A stretch of 46,348 nucleotides of DNA from Rickettsiales bacterium. GTDB taxonomy: Bacteria; Pseudomonadota; Alphaproteobacteria; Rickettsiales; UBA1997. The position numbers and the translations under genes are program-made. Below the pieces are notes generated by a model, which worked only from the letters and a program-made list of their open reading frames with translations, did not search any database and had not been told where the DNA came from. Shown here in pieces: positions 25,645 to 36,050 of the stretch (positions are counted from its first letter, which is position 1; each line of letters starts with the position of its first letter). The stretch is from positions 1-46,348 of the forward strand of contig JAITOR010000026.1 in assembly GCA_031289855.1 (NCBI GenBank), in the 5' to 3' direction.

Positions 25645-26628
25645 ATGACAGGATTATCAGTTATTATATTGGCAGGAGGTGCTGGAACAAGAATGAAATC
25701 AAAAACTCCAAAACATTTACACAAAATTGGAAATTTAGAGATTATTTTTCATATTATAAATACCGCAAAACAATTGAACGCAAATGAAATTGTTGTGGTT
25801 TGCAGTCCAGAAAATTATGATTTGATAAATGTTAATGAAATAAAAACCACCACAAATAATGGAAATGAACATTATTTTACTAATAATATAAAAAAGGTAA
25901 TTCAAAAAGAAAAGTTAGGAACTGCAAATGCAGCACAAACCGGATATGATGGCTTGGAATTCAAAGATAATGATATAATCATAATGTATGGTGATATACC
26001 ACTCGTAAAATTAGATACTTACAACAATATGTTAAACAAACTAAAAAATGATGTAATGCAGGTAGGATTGATATTCAAAACAAAAGATATTTCAAACAAA
26101 TATGGTAGAGTTAAAATTGAAGATGATAAATTGATTTATAATGTAGAATATAAAGATGCCGATATTATTACTAAAAATAGCGACTTATGTAATGGTGCAA
26201 TTTTAACAGTGAAAGGGAATTATTTAAACAAAGTTTTAAAAAAAATCGATAACAATAATATTACAAAAGAATATTATTTGACTGATATAATAAATATAAG
26301 TAATGCTGATGGAATGGTATCAAAATATATTTTAGTGGATGAAAATGAAATTCAAGGTATAAATTCAAGAGAAGATTTAAGCAAGGCCGAAAATATTTTT
26401 CAAAACAATATAAGAAAAAAAGTCATGGAGAATGGTGCAACATTGATTGATCCAAATTCGGTATATTTTAGTTATGATACAGAGATTGGACAAGATGTTA
26501 TTGTGGAACCAAATGTTGTATTTGCAAAAGGAGTAAAAGTGGAAAACAATGTCACAATCAAATCTTTTGTTTATTTGAGCAACAGAACTGTAAAAGAGGG
26601 TGAAATTGTGGAAAGTTTCACTAAGTAA
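25645..26628 (+). CDS. GlmU-like sugar-1-phosphate nucleotidyltransferase with a truncated left-handed beta-helix domain
   Basis: VIILAGGAGTRMKSKTPKHLH is the GlmU N-terminal signature. Only about 90 aa of hexapeptide-repeat region follow (327 aa in total). Confidence 0.65.
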   Translation: MTGLSVIILAGGAGTRMKSKTPKHLHKIGNLEIIFHIINTAKQLNANEIVVVCSPENYDLINVNEIKTTTNNGNEHYFTNNIKKVIQKEKLGTANAAQTGYDGLEFKDNDIIIMYGDIPLVKLDTYNNMLNKLKNDVMQVGLIFKTKDISNKYGRVKIEDDKLIYNVEYKDADIITKNSDLCNGAILTVKGNYLNKVLKKIDNNNITKEYYLTDIINISNADGMVSKYILVDENEIQGINSREDLSKAENIFQNNIRKKVMENGATLIDPNSVYFSYDTEIGQDVIVEPNVVFAKGVKVENNVTIKSFVYLSNRTVKEGEIVESFTK

Positions 26629-26686
26629 AGATTGGTAACCATTAATTAAAATTGATTTTTATATTGTATTAGTATACACTTTGAAT

Positions 26687-27148
26687 ATGAAGATTTTTTT
26701 TGTCATATGTTTGTTTTTATCATCTTTTGCTTTTGCGAATAGTGTATGTCAACTAAATAATCCTGATTATTTTATTGATGAATCTTTTTTTGGTTCTAAT
26801 GGTTATATAGTAGATTTTTCTGTCCCCGAACATGCTATTTACAAGGTTTACAAAAAAAACGAATTAGATGGATTTGTGTTGTGTAGTAGACAAGATTTTT
26901 CAAATGGTGAAATGGAAATTGTTATCACATATGATGTAAATAAAAATGTTAAAAATTTATATTTTCAAAAACTGTTTTTTGATGGTAGCGAAAAATTTAA
27001 TAATTTGACTTTTACAACTCAATTCATGAATTACAAAGATTTGTCTAAAATTTCAAATATTTCCAAAGAATTTCCAGAAATTTTTAATTCTATAATAAAG
27101 GGCGTGGAAAAAAATGTGTCAATAGTGGAGAATTACAATGGAAATTGA
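26687..27148 (+). CDS. Secreted hypothetical protein
   Basis: It has the signal peptide MKIFFVICLFLSSFAFA/NS. I recognise no confident family. Confidence 0.5.
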   Translation: MKIFFVICLFLSSFAFANSVCQLNNPDYFIDESFFGSNGYIVDFSVPEHAIYKVYKKNELDGFVLCSRQDFSNGEMEIVITYDVNKNVKNLYFQKLFFDGSEKFNNLTFTTQFMNYKDLSKISNISKEFPEIFNSIIKGVEKNVSIVENYNGN

Positions 27149-27965
27149 TTTTAAGCATCTTAAAAAAGAAATATTTGATCCATATATTAAAATATGGAGC
27201 GCTCTTGGTATTATATTGCTGTATTTAATAATACATTATTCTTTTGCGGATAAAACTCAAACCAACAATATAACGAAGGAATTTGAAAATTCAATGTATA
27301 TTGGCAATGGAGTGGTAATAAATAAACATCAAATGTTGGCAAATAAATCTTTGATGGAAGATTCCTGTTGGGATAGAAATCATTTTCAGCAAGGTAATTT
27401 TTATGCAATTGATGATGTTAATATTTATCAATTAGGTGTGCAACAAAGGGATTCCAATAGTGATTTGGTTTTGTTAAAAATAAAAAATGGAGAAACAAGA
27501 TTTAGAAATTTTGCAATATTAGATAATGATAGAAATGTGTCATTTAACACAAATAAACGATTAATAATTCCACAACAAATTAATGAAATTAGCACTTTTA
27601 AATTTAAAAATACAAAAATTGTGGAAAATAATATAAATAGTTTTACGATTGTTTTTAATGGTATAACGAGGGAAAATTTTGCAATTGGCCTTCCGATATT
27701 TAATGAAAACTATGTTTTACAAGGAATAGTTAAAGAAATAAATAATGGTGATAATATAAAAATAAAAGATAAAATTGCTGGTAAAATCGGCATAAAAACG
27801 CTTCTCACTGTGAATAAAATTTCAGTAGTAAGAAATTTTTTGGACAAAAATAGAGCAGAATACTTTACTTTAAATGGCGAAGTAAATGTTGCAAACGATG
27901 AGAGGTATGATGTTAAAAAATCCATTCTAAACATCTTTTGTATATTGGAAAAAAAATATAGGTAA
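27138..27965 (+). CDS. Membrane-anchored hypothetical protein, possibly a catalytically dead trypsin/HtrA-like fold
   Basis: It has an N-terminal TM segment (IWSALGIILLYLIIHYSF). IGNGVVINKHQMLANKSL, SDLVLLKI and AIGLPIFNENYVLQGIV resemble the His, Asp and Ser boxes of S1 proteases, but the His and Ser positions are replaced. It overlaps the upstream ORF by 11 nt. Confidence 0.35.
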   Translation: MEIDFKHLKKEIFDPYIKIWSALGIILLYLIIHYSFADKTQTNNITKEFENSMYIGNGVVINKHQMLANKSLMEDSCWDRNHFQQGNFYAIDDVNIYQLGVQQRDSNSDLVLLKIKNGETRFRNFAILDNDRNVSFNTNKRLIIPQQINEISTFKFKNTKIVENNINSFTIVFNGITRENFAIGLPIFNENYVLQGIVKEINNGDNIKIKDKIAGKIGIKTLLTVNKISVVRNFLDKNRAEYFTLNGEVNVANDERYDVKKSILNIFCILEKKYR

Positions 27966-27968
27966 AAT

Positions 27969-28262
27969 ATGAAAAATTTTTTTGAAAAAAATGGATATAA
28001 TGAAATGGCGAAGGAAACGTTAAAAAAATGGGGTAATTTGGCAGAAGTTTTTATGTTGTTTGAAGAAATGGCAGAATTTCAAAAAGAGATATGTAAAAAT
28101 ATAAATAGAAAAGCAGAAAATGTGAAAGAAATAACAGAGGAAATGGGGGATGTTATAATTGTATTGGAGCAGATGAGAGTGCTATTTGGAATAAATGATG
28201 ATGACTTACAAAAAACCATCGATTATAAAGTCAATAGGTTAAAAGGATTATTGGAAAAATAG
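27969..28262 (+). CDS. MazG-like all-alpha NTP pyrophosphohydrolase (small, 97 aa)
   Basis: The EExxE...ExxD pattern is present: FEEMAEFQKE and EEMGDVIIVLEQ. Confidence 0.6.
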   Translation: MKNFFEKNGYNEMAKETLKKWGNLAEVFMLFEEMAEFQKEICKNINRKAENVKEITEEMGDVIIVLEQMRVLFGINDDDLQKTIDYKVNRLKGLLEK

Positions 28263-28267
28263 AGAAT

Positions 28268-29437
28268 TTATGCTTCTCTCTTTTTTATTTGTTCCCACAA
28301 AGGACTCATGTTTCTCAAATATGGAACTTCTTTTTGAAATTGTTTCACCAATTTATTTACTTCTTCTTTTTTTGTAAATCGTCCCATTCCAATTCTTATG
28401 GATGAATGTGCCAATTCTGGATCTCCACCAAGTGCCTCAATCACATAACTTGGTTTCAAATCACTTGAAGTGCAAGCTGAACCTGAACTCAATGCAAAAT
28501 CGGAACATCTCAACATAATACTTTCACCCTCAATGCCCGCAAAACTGAAATTTGCATTACCATGCCATCTTTTTTCTTTATCACCATTTAAATAAGTTTT
28601 TTCAATTTTCATTAATCCATCATACAAAATATCAAAACATTCTTGCAAATATTTTGTTTCTTTTTCTTGTTCTTGCGCCATAATTTCAGCAGCTGCACCC
28701 AATGCAACACATAATTCTACTGCCAATGTTCCACTTCTTATTTTTCGTTCCTGTCCACCACCATTTAAAAGTGGCTCAATTTTAACATTATTACCAATAT
28801 ACATGGCACCAATACCTTTTGGAGCGTAAATTTTATGACCTGAAATTGACATTGCATCAATACCCATCTTTTCAACATCAAGCGGTATTTTACCAAATGC
28901 TTGGGCACAATCTGTGTGAAAATACGCACCATATTTTTTACACAAGTCCCCAATTTCCTTTAACGGATGAATAACACCAATTTCATTATTTACACCCATC
29001 ACCGAAACTAACAAGGTTGTTTTATCCTTTAATTTTTCCTCCAAATCATCAAGCGAAATCAATCCATTGTGTTGTACATCTAACAAAATTTGTTTATAAT
29101 TTTTACATGTTTTAATACTCTCTAACACACATTTATGTTCAGTTTTTACTGAGATAATTTTGGTTTTTGTTTCATCTTTGTTTGCATTTGCAATACCTTT
29201 TATGATTGTATTATTGGATTCCGTGGCACCTGATGTCCAAATTATGTTTTTTGTTTTTGCATTTATAATTTTTGCAACCCGTTCCCTTGCTTTTTCAACA
29301 TCTTTTGCAGCTTGCCAACCAAAATTATGAGAAGCAGATGAAGAATTACCATATTGTTCCATAAAATATGGATACATAATGTCAAAAACTCGTTTATCAA
29401 CAGGTGTTGTTGCTTGAAAATCAAAATAAATAGGCAT
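28268..29437 (-). CDS. iscS: Cysteine desulfurase (IscS/NifS class)
   Basis: It has the PLP-lysine motif SGHKIYAPKGIGA and the active-site Cys loop SSGSACTS. Confidence 0.9.
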   Translation of the reverse strand: MPIYFDFQATTPVDKRVFDIMYPYFMEQYGNSSSASHNFGWQAAKDVEKARERVAKIINAKTKNIIWTSGATESNNTIIKGIANANKDETKTKIISVKTEHKCVLESIKTCKNYKQILLDVQHNGLISLDDLEEKLKDKTTLLVSVMGVNNEIGVIHPLKEIGDLCKKYGAYFHTDCAQAFGKIPLDVEKMGIDAMSISGHKIYAPKGIGAMYIGNNVKIEPLLNGGGQERKIRSGTLAVELCVALGAAAEIMAQEQEKETKYLQECFDILYDGLMKIEKTYLNGDKEKRWHGNANFSFAGIEGESIMLRCSDFALSSGSACTSSDLKPSYVIEALGGDPELAHSSIRIGMGRFTKKEEVNKLVKQFQKEVPYLRNMSPLWEQIKKREA

Positions 29438-29598
29438 ATTATTAAATTTCTAAAATTACTATCTTAATAATAGAAGTTTTTTTTTAAAAAGTAAAATTAT
29501 TATTGATTTAATTTTAATCATAAATAAGCCAATTTTATTTAATTACGATTAAGGATATTTTTCTTGCAAATATAATTATCACTAATAAGATAAAATAT

Positions 29599-31356
29599 AT
29601 GGTTATTGAAAAAAAGAATTTTAAAACATTATGGAGAGTTTTTTCATATATAGAAAATTTAAAACCAATTCTTGTGTTTGTATTTCTTTTGATTGTATTT
29701 TCTCCTTTTGTAAAGATTGCTGGAATGGCTTTTTTTCAAATAGTGGTTGACAATTATGTTGTGCCTTTAACTGAAAATTATAATACCACTTTATACAATG
29801 AATTTTTAAAATTTATACTAATACTTGCTTTTATTTTTGTAATAGGCTTTTTTATAACCATTATTTATACGCAGTTTATAGCAAAAATTGTTGCAATAAT
29901 ATTGCATAGAATTAGATTTGATTTATTTAAAAAAATGCAAAAACTTCCAATTAGTTATTATGATACCCACAAAAGAGGCAATATTATGAGTATTTATATT
30001 AACGATGTGGATACTTTGAGAAAGTTTTTAAATACAAGTATAAGCGTGATTATTTTTAATATTGTAATGTCTTTTTTAAATATTGTCATGATGTTTTATT
30101 ATAACTGGAAACTTACTTTGTTACTTAGTCTTATTTTTATTGGAATAAAAGTTGTATATACAAATATAATAAAAAAATCCAATACATATTTCAAAGAACA
30201 GCAGGAAAAATTAGGCAAATTAAATGGTTATATAGAGGAAATGTTTGAGGGGCAAAAAGTTATCAAGGTTTTTAACCGTGAAGAACAAGCAAAAATTGAT
30301 TTTGAAAAAATAAACAATTCTTTGAACAAATCTTCTATAAAATCTTCTTTTTTCGGTAATTCCATAAGCCCAATTTTAGGAAACGTATCAGATTTTAATT
30401 ATATTATTGTGGTTTGCGTAGGATTATTTTTTGTCTGTGATGACCATATGAAAATTGGTGTTGCACTTGCTTTTTTTCAATGTGCTAGGAATTTTATATA
30501 TCCATTTATAGAAGTAAGCCATTTTTGTGAAACAATTATGAATGCAAATGCTGGAGCCGAAAGAATTTTTACTTTATTGGATGAAATGAATGAAATTGAT
30601 GATGGAAAAATCACTTTAAAAAATACAAATGGTGATATAAAAATAAAAAATGTATCATTTGGATACGGAGATAAAGATATTTTATATAACATAAACATTA
30701 AAGCAAAACGTGGAAATAAAATTGCTTTAATCGGGGCAACAGGTTCTGGTAAAACAACAATTGCAAGTTTGCTAAATAGATTTTACGATGTCAGTGAAGG
30801 AATTATTACCATTGATGGAATTGATATCAAAAATATCACAAAAGATAGTTTAAGGGAAAATATAACAGTTGTTTTGCAGGATACAAATTTATTCACTGGC
30901 AGTATATTAGAAAATGTAAGATACGGTAGACTTAATGCTTCAAATATTGATGTTATTGAGGCTCTAAAAAATGCAAATGCTTTTGATTTTGTATCAAAAT
31001 TTTCCAATTCTTATAATACAATTATAACTAACAATGGCGAAAATTTATCACAAGGTGAAAAGCAACTTTTATCAATTGCTCGCGCAATGCTATCCAAATC
31101 TCCAATTTTAATACTTGATGAGGCCACTTCGTCTATTGACACTAAAACCGAAAAATTAATTGAAGATAGTTTAAACAAACTCATGAAAAATAAAACAATT
31201 TTTATAATTGCACACAAATTATCAACCATTAAAAATAGTGATGAAATTATAGTATTGGATAATGGAAAAATAATAGAACATGGAAAACATAAAGAATTAT
31301 TAGATATGGAAGGAAAATATTATCAACTATATAACGGATTATTGGAAATAAGTTAA
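29599..31356 (+). CDS. ABC exporter, fused permease-ATPase
   Basis: It has a TM domain followed by GATGSGKTT, LSQGEKQL and ILILDEATS. Confidence 0.85.
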   Translation: MVIEKKNFKTLWRVFSYIENLKPILVFVFLLIVFSPFVKIAGMAFFQIVVDNYVVPLTENYNTTLYNEFLKFILILAFIFVIGFFITIIYTQFIAKIVAIILHRIRFDLFKKMQKLPISYYDTHKRGNIMSIYINDVDTLRKFLNTSISVIIFNIVMSFLNIVMMFYYNWKLTLLLSLIFIGIKVVYTNIIKKSNTYFKEQQEKLGKLNGYIEEMFEGQKVIKVFNREEQAKIDFEKINNSLNKSSIKSSFFGNSISPILGNVSDFNYIIVVCVGLFFVCDDHMKIGVALAFFQCARNFIYPFIEVSHFCETIMNANAGAERIFTLLDEMNEIDDGKITLKNTNGDIKIKNVSFGYGDKDILYNINIKAKRGNKIALIGATGSGKTTIASLLNRFYDVSEGIITIDGIDIKNITKDSLRENITVVLQDTNLFTGSILENVRYGRLNASNIDVIEALKNANAFDFVSKFSNSYNTIITNNGENLSQGEKQLLSIARAMLSKSPILILDEATSSIDTKTEKLIEDSLNKLMKNKTIFIIAHKLSTIKNSDEIIVLDNGKIIEHGKHKELLDMEGKYYQLYNGLLEIS

Positions 31357-31441
31357 ATAAATAATTGACAAAGATAACAAAATAAATTGTTTTTTTAAAT
31401 CAATCTTATACTATAAATTATATAAACAATTGTTTGTAATT

Positions 31442-33295
31442 ATGTGTGGAATTTTCGCTATAATAACCAATAGAACTAATATTGCTAAAAATTTAATTAA
31501 TGGTTTGAAGGGCTTGGAATATCGTGGTTATGATTCTTCTGGTATTGCACTTTTAAGCGAAAACAAAATTAAAACAATCAAGCGATGTGGTAAAATCAAT
31601 GAATTGGAAAAAATTGTTGAGCAGATAGAAAAAAAAAACAAATTGGAAGCCAACATTGGAATTGCGCATTCAAGATGGGCTACCCATGGCGGTGTAAGTG
31701 ATGTAAATGCACATCCGCATATTAGTAGTGATGGAATTGTGTGTGTAGTTCATAATGGAATTATTGAAAATTACAAAAAATTAAAGGTAAAATTACAAAA
31801 AGAAGGTTATAATTTTGTAAGTCAAACTGATACTGAGGTAATTCCAAATTTAATTGCCTATCATTATAGGCAAACAAAAAATGAAGAACAGGCGATAGCA
31901 CAAGCAATCAATGATATGGAAGGAACATTTGCTATGGTTGTTATTTTTAGAAACAATAATGATAAAATTTTTGTGGCAAGAAGGGGAAGCCCATTATTGT
32001 TAGGTGTGGGTGTGAATGAAAATTATGTAGGAAGTGGTTTATCAGCTTTTAATGGTCTAACAAATAAGATAATTTCATTGGAAGAAGAGGATTTTGCGAT
32101 TCTTACCAAAGATAAAATTAAAATTTTTAATAATGGAAAGGAAGTTAAAAGGGATATTGAAGAAGTGGCCGTAGATAATGTTAATGTTGATAAAGGTAAT
32201 TATTCTTGTTTTATGTTAAAAGAAATTTATGAACAACCAAAAGTTATAGAACAAATCATAAAAGAATATGTTGATACAAAAAATAAAAAAATTGTTTTAC
32301 CACACTTTGATTTTGATTTATCGAAGGTAGAAAGGTTAAACATGCTTGGTTGTGGAACGGCAAGTTTTGCATGCAGGGTTTCACGATATTTTATAGAACA
32401 AGTGGTTAAAATTCCAGTAAATGTTGACGTGGGAAGCGAATTTAGATATAAACATCCAGTGATTCTACCTAATGATATTTCAATTTTCGTGTCTCAATCT
32501 GGAGAAACTGCTGATACGATTGGTGCTTTAAAAGTATGTAAAGAAGTGGGACAAAAAATTGTATCAATTGTAAATGTATTGCAAAGCAGTATGGTTAAAT
32601 TGAGCGATATAGTTTTTAAAGTATTGGCTGGAGCAGAAATTGGTGTGGCAAGCACAAAAGCATTTACAGCACAATTGGCCACAATTTATATTTTTACTAT
32701 TGAATTGGCTAAAATTAAAGGCACCATTACACAAAAAGAATATGAGAAATATATAGATGATTTATTAAAATTGCCAGAACAATTATCAAAATTTTTAAAC
32801 AATAATGATGAAATAAAAAATCTCGAAAATATCGCAAAAGAAGTGCAAAATGCTAAATTTTTCTTATTATTTGGACGAGATATTTATTACCCAATTGCAC
32901 TTGAAGCAGCAATGAAAATTAGGGAAGTTTCCTACATTCCATGTGAGAATTTTACCGGAGGAGAGTTTAAGCATGGACCCATTGCAGTGGTGGATAAAAA
33001 TGTATTTGTTTTTGCAATAAATCCCACAAGTGAAATTTTTGAAAAAACCGCCTCTAATATTGAAGAAGTAAAAGCAAGAGAAGGTAAAATTATTTTATGT
33101 GGCGACAAGGAAGCAATTGAAATAAGTGATGGAAAATATTACAAAGCAATCACAATTGAAAAAAGCGACAATAAATTGATGTCCGCGATTTTAAGTGTAA
33201 TTCCATTTCAATTATTGGCATATTATATTGCAACCGAAAGAGGGAATGATATTGATAAACCAAGAAATTTAGCAAAAAGTGTAACTGTAGAGTAA
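31442..33295 (+). CDS. glmS: Glutamine--fructose-6-phosphate aminotransferase
   Basis: MCGIFAI places the catalytic Cys at position 2. It has two SIS domains and the C-terminal LAKSVTVE. The start is moved to the ATG at 31442. Confidence 0.95.
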   Translation: MCGIFAIITNRTNIAKNLINGLKGLEYRGYDSSGIALLSENKIKTIKRCGKINELEKIVEQIEKKNKLEANIGIAHSRWATHGGVSDVNAHPHISSDGIVCVVHNGIIENYKKLKVKLQKEGYNFVSQTDTEVIPNLIAYHYRQTKNEEQAIAQAINDMEGTFAMVVIFRNNNDKIFVARRGSPLLLGVGVNENYVGSGLSAFNGLTNKIISLEEEDFAILTKDKIKIFNNGKEVKRDIEEVAVDNVNVDKGNYSCFMLKEIYEQPKVIEQIIKEYVDTKNKKIVLPHFDFDLSKVERLNMLGCGTASFACRVSRYFIEQVVKIPVNVDVGSEFRYKHPVILPNDISIFVSQSGETADTIGALKVCKEVGQKIVSIVNVLQSSMVKLSDIVFKVLAGAEIGVASTKAFTAQLATIYIFTIELAKIKGTITQKEYEKYIDDLLKLPEQLSKFLNNNDEIKNLENIAKEVQNAKFFLLFGRDIYYPIALEAAMKIREVSYIPCENFTGGEFKHGPIAVVDKNVFVFAINPTSEIFEKTASNIEEVKAREGKIILCGDKEAIEISDGKYYKAITIEKSDNKLMSAILSVIPFQLLAYYIATERGNDIDKPRNLAKSVTVE

Positions 33296-33514
33296 GTAAA
33301 CCTATTGATTTTGGCAATAAATTTAGTAAAATGTGAATATTTCTCTTGCAATCATTCATCCAATATGTCTCTATATATTCTATTTTCATGTTTTTTTCAT
33401 AATCATCCTCATATTTTATTAATATTATTTATATTATACACCATAAGTGTAAAGAGCGGAAGTACATAAAAAAAATAAATTTTATTTGTTTATTTAAAAT
33501 TACCATGTAACAAC

Positions 33515-35452
33515 TTATTTCTTTTTTTTAATTGCAATCAATACATTAATTATGCTGGCTTGTGTAATATGCGGAATTTTTGCCATTTGTCCTATCGTAT
33601 AGGGTCTAAATTTTTTTAACTTTTCCTTAATTTCCCCGGACAAACTATCAATCGAATTATAGTCAAAATCATCAGGAATTTTTAAATTTTCCTCCTGCTG
33701 ATACATTTTTATATCTTGCTCTTGTCGTCTTAAATATGGCTTGTATGAAGTTTCTATTTCAATTTGTCTTAAAATATTTTGCGGAAACTCTTTTAGTTCT
33801 GGCCAAATTTCACATAATTTAGCGATATTTATATCCGGAAAGGCCAATAATTCACTTGCTGTTCTCTTTTTGCCATCCTTACTTATTTCAATTTTATATT
33901 TCGCCAAATCTGTTGGATTTATAATCAATTCGTTAAGCAACTTTAATCCCTTTTCCACATATTTTTTTCTTTTTTCAAAAATTTCTTGTCTTTCTTTTGA
34001 AATGAGACCATATTTAATTCCCAAAGGTGTTAATCGTAAATCAGCATTATCAGTCCTAATTGAAAGCCTATATTCTGCTCTTGATGTAAACATTCTATAT
34101 GGTTCACCATCTTGCCCCAATGAAGTCAAATCATCAATCATAACACCAATATAACTATTTGTCCGATCAAGAATAAAATCTTCATTCAAAGCTGCATTTA
34201 TACCGGCAACAATACCAAGTCCTGCTGCCTCTTCATAACCTGTTGTACCTATTAATTGTCCCGCCAAATACAAACCCCTATATTTTTTTGTTTCTAATGT
34301 AGGTTTTAATTCTCTTGGGTCAATATAATCGTATTCAATCGCATAAGCATATTGTAATATTTCACAATGCTCCAATCCTTTTATGGTGCGATAAAACGAA
34401 TCTTGCACATCAGTCGGCATAGAAGTTGACATCCCATCGGGATAAATCACATCACTATCAATTCCCTCCTGCTCTAAAAAAATTTGATGTTCCTGTTTAT
34501 CCGGAAAACGAACAATTTTCGTTTCTATTGAAGGACAATAACGAGGCCCTTCACCCTTGATTAAACCATTATAAGTTGCGCATCTGTGTAAATTATCTTT
34601 TAAAATTTTATGTCCCATCGGCGTTGTATAGGTAATAGGACATGTAATTTGTGAATTTACGATATCTTTTGTCATATAAGAAAAAGGAACTGGTGGATTG
34701 TCCGCAACTTGCTCCTTCATATCTGTAAAATCAATGCTTGATTTTTTAATTCTTGCTGGAGTTCCAGTTTTTAAACGACCCATTTGAAAACCAAGTGTTT
34801 TTAAAAAATTACCAAGTTTTTTTGCAGGCTTTTCATTAATTCTACCAGCATCACTTATCTCATCACCCCTAAAAATCACACCATTCAAAAAAGTTCCAGC
34901 AGTAATTACAACCTTTGGAGCATATATTTTTGTACCATCAGCAAGAATTACACCTCGTATATCGGTATTGATATTTTGATTTGTGGTGATATCAATAGTA
35001 AGCGTTTTTGACATTGATTTATCTGGATTAAAATCACTTGCTTTTTTGTTATCTAAATTCGTTTTTTTATCATTCATCATCAATTCTGTAACTTCTCCTT
35101 CAATTACATCAATATTTTTATATCCATCTATTATTTTTTTTGCATATTTTTTATATAATCCTCTGTCAATTTGTGTTCGTGGCGAATGCACTGCCGCTCC
35201 TTTGCTTTCATTTAACATTCTAAATTGTATACCAGATTTATCACTTAAAATTCCCATCACCCCATCCAGTGCATCGACTTCTTTCACTATTGTTCCCTTT
35301 GCCACACCTCCAACCGATGGATTGCAAGATAATTCTCCAATATTTTCTTTGTTAAAAGTAATGAGTGTTGTTTTCTTGCCAAGTCTTGCACTGGCTGTGC
35401 TTGCTTCTAAACCTGCATTACCACCACCAATTATTATAACATCATAATCCAT
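33515..35452 (-). CDS. mnmG: tRNA uridine 5-carboxymethylaminomethyl modification enzyme MnmG (GidA)
   Basis: [17 protein letters not shown] is the FAD fold and [23 protein letters not shown] is present. The start is set at the internal ATG at 35452. There is a low-complexity insertion of about 40 aa ([23 protein letters not shown]...). Confidence 0.92.
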   Translation of the reverse strand: MDYDVIIIGGGNAGLEASTASARLGKKTTLITFNKENIGELSCNPSVGGVAKGTIVKEVDALDGVMGILSDKSGIQFRMLNESKGAAVHSPRTQIDRGLYKKYAKKIIDGYKNIDVIEGEVTELMMNDKKTNLDNKKASDFNPDKSMSKTLTIDITTNQNINTDIRGVILADGTKIYAPKVVITAGTFLNGVIFRGDEISDAGRINEKPAKKLGNFLKTLGFQMGRLKTGTPARIKKSSIDFTDMKEQVADNPPVPFSYMTKDIVNSQITCPITYTTPMGHKILKDNLHRCATYNGLIKGEGPRYCPSIETKIVRFPDKQEHQIFLEQEGIDSDVIYPDGMSTSMPTDVQDSFYRTIKGLEHCEILQYAYAIEYDYIDPRELKPTLETKKYRGLYLAGQLIGTTGYEEAAGLGIVAGINAALNEDFILDRTNSYIGVMIDDLTSLGQDGEPYRMFTSRAEYRLSIRTDNADLRLTPLGIKYGLISKERQEIFEKRKKYVEKGLKLLNELIINPTDLAKYKIEISKDGKKRTASELLAFPDINIAKLCEIWPELKEFPQNILRQIEIETSYKPYLRRQEQDIKMYQQEENLKIPDDFDYNSIDSLSGEIKEKLKKFRPYTIGQMAKIPHITQASIINVLIAIKKKK

Positions 35453-35453
35453 A

Positions 35454-36050
35454 TTATGAAATATAGTGAGTAAAAATAAATTCGCAAATTTTATCAACAC
35501 ATCTTTCTGGAATTTCTTTTTCAGCATCAATGACGATAAATTTTTCTCTCATTGCTATTTTTCTATAAAATTCATTATATATTTTTTGAAATTCTATTTT
35601 TTCCCAATAACAAATATCAATATCATTCCCCCTTTCTTTTATTCTTTTTATTCTTTCTTCATCGCTAATATCCAAAAAAAATACATAATCAGGTTTTAAC
35701 AAATCACTATAATTTATATGTTTTGAAATTAAATTTGTTGTTTCCCCATTTAATTTTTCAATAGTTAAATCAAAAGCTTCCGTTTCATATAAGTATCTTT
35801 CAAGTATCACAAAATCATATTCATTTTTGAGCCGTTTAATTTTTTCACTATCATTTTGTGCTATTGCTCTAAAAAAATAATACTTCGTCAATAAATCACA
35901 ATCATTTATATTTTGCCACATCTTATCAAAGGGGAAAGTAGGAGATTTCAAATGTATAACTTTTTTCCCTTCATTTTTTAAGTTTTCCACTAAACACTTA
36001 ATTATAGTACTTTTACCACTCGCATTGCCACCCTCTATGTCTATAAACAT
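35454..36050 (-). CDS. P-loop nucleoside/nucleotide kinase (thymidylate kinase-like)
   Basis: It has [13 protein letters not shown] (P-loop) and is 198 aa. It is tightly packed between dnaN and mnmG. Confidence 0.5.
   Translation of the reverse strand: MFIDIEGGNASGKSTIIKCLVENLKNEGKKVIHLKSPTFPFDKMWQNINDCDLLTKYYFFRAIAQNDSEKIKRLKNEYDFVILERYLYETEAFDLTIEKLNGETTNLISKHINYSDLLKPDYVFFLDISDEERIKRIKERGNDIDICYWEKIEFQKIYNEFYRKIAMREKFIVIDAEKEIPERCVDKICEFIFTHYIS

Noticed and set aside
31357-31441. I looked for a glmS ribozyme upstream of glmS.
   Set aside because: The spacer after the TTGACA box at 31366 is only about 70 nt of low-complexity AT sequence. That is too short, and it lacks the conserved ribozyme core.
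33150-33389. A 79-aa minus-strand ORF spanning the glmS 3' end and the downstream spacer.
   Set aside because: It overlaps the conserved glmS C-terminus in antisense and has no start context or motifs.
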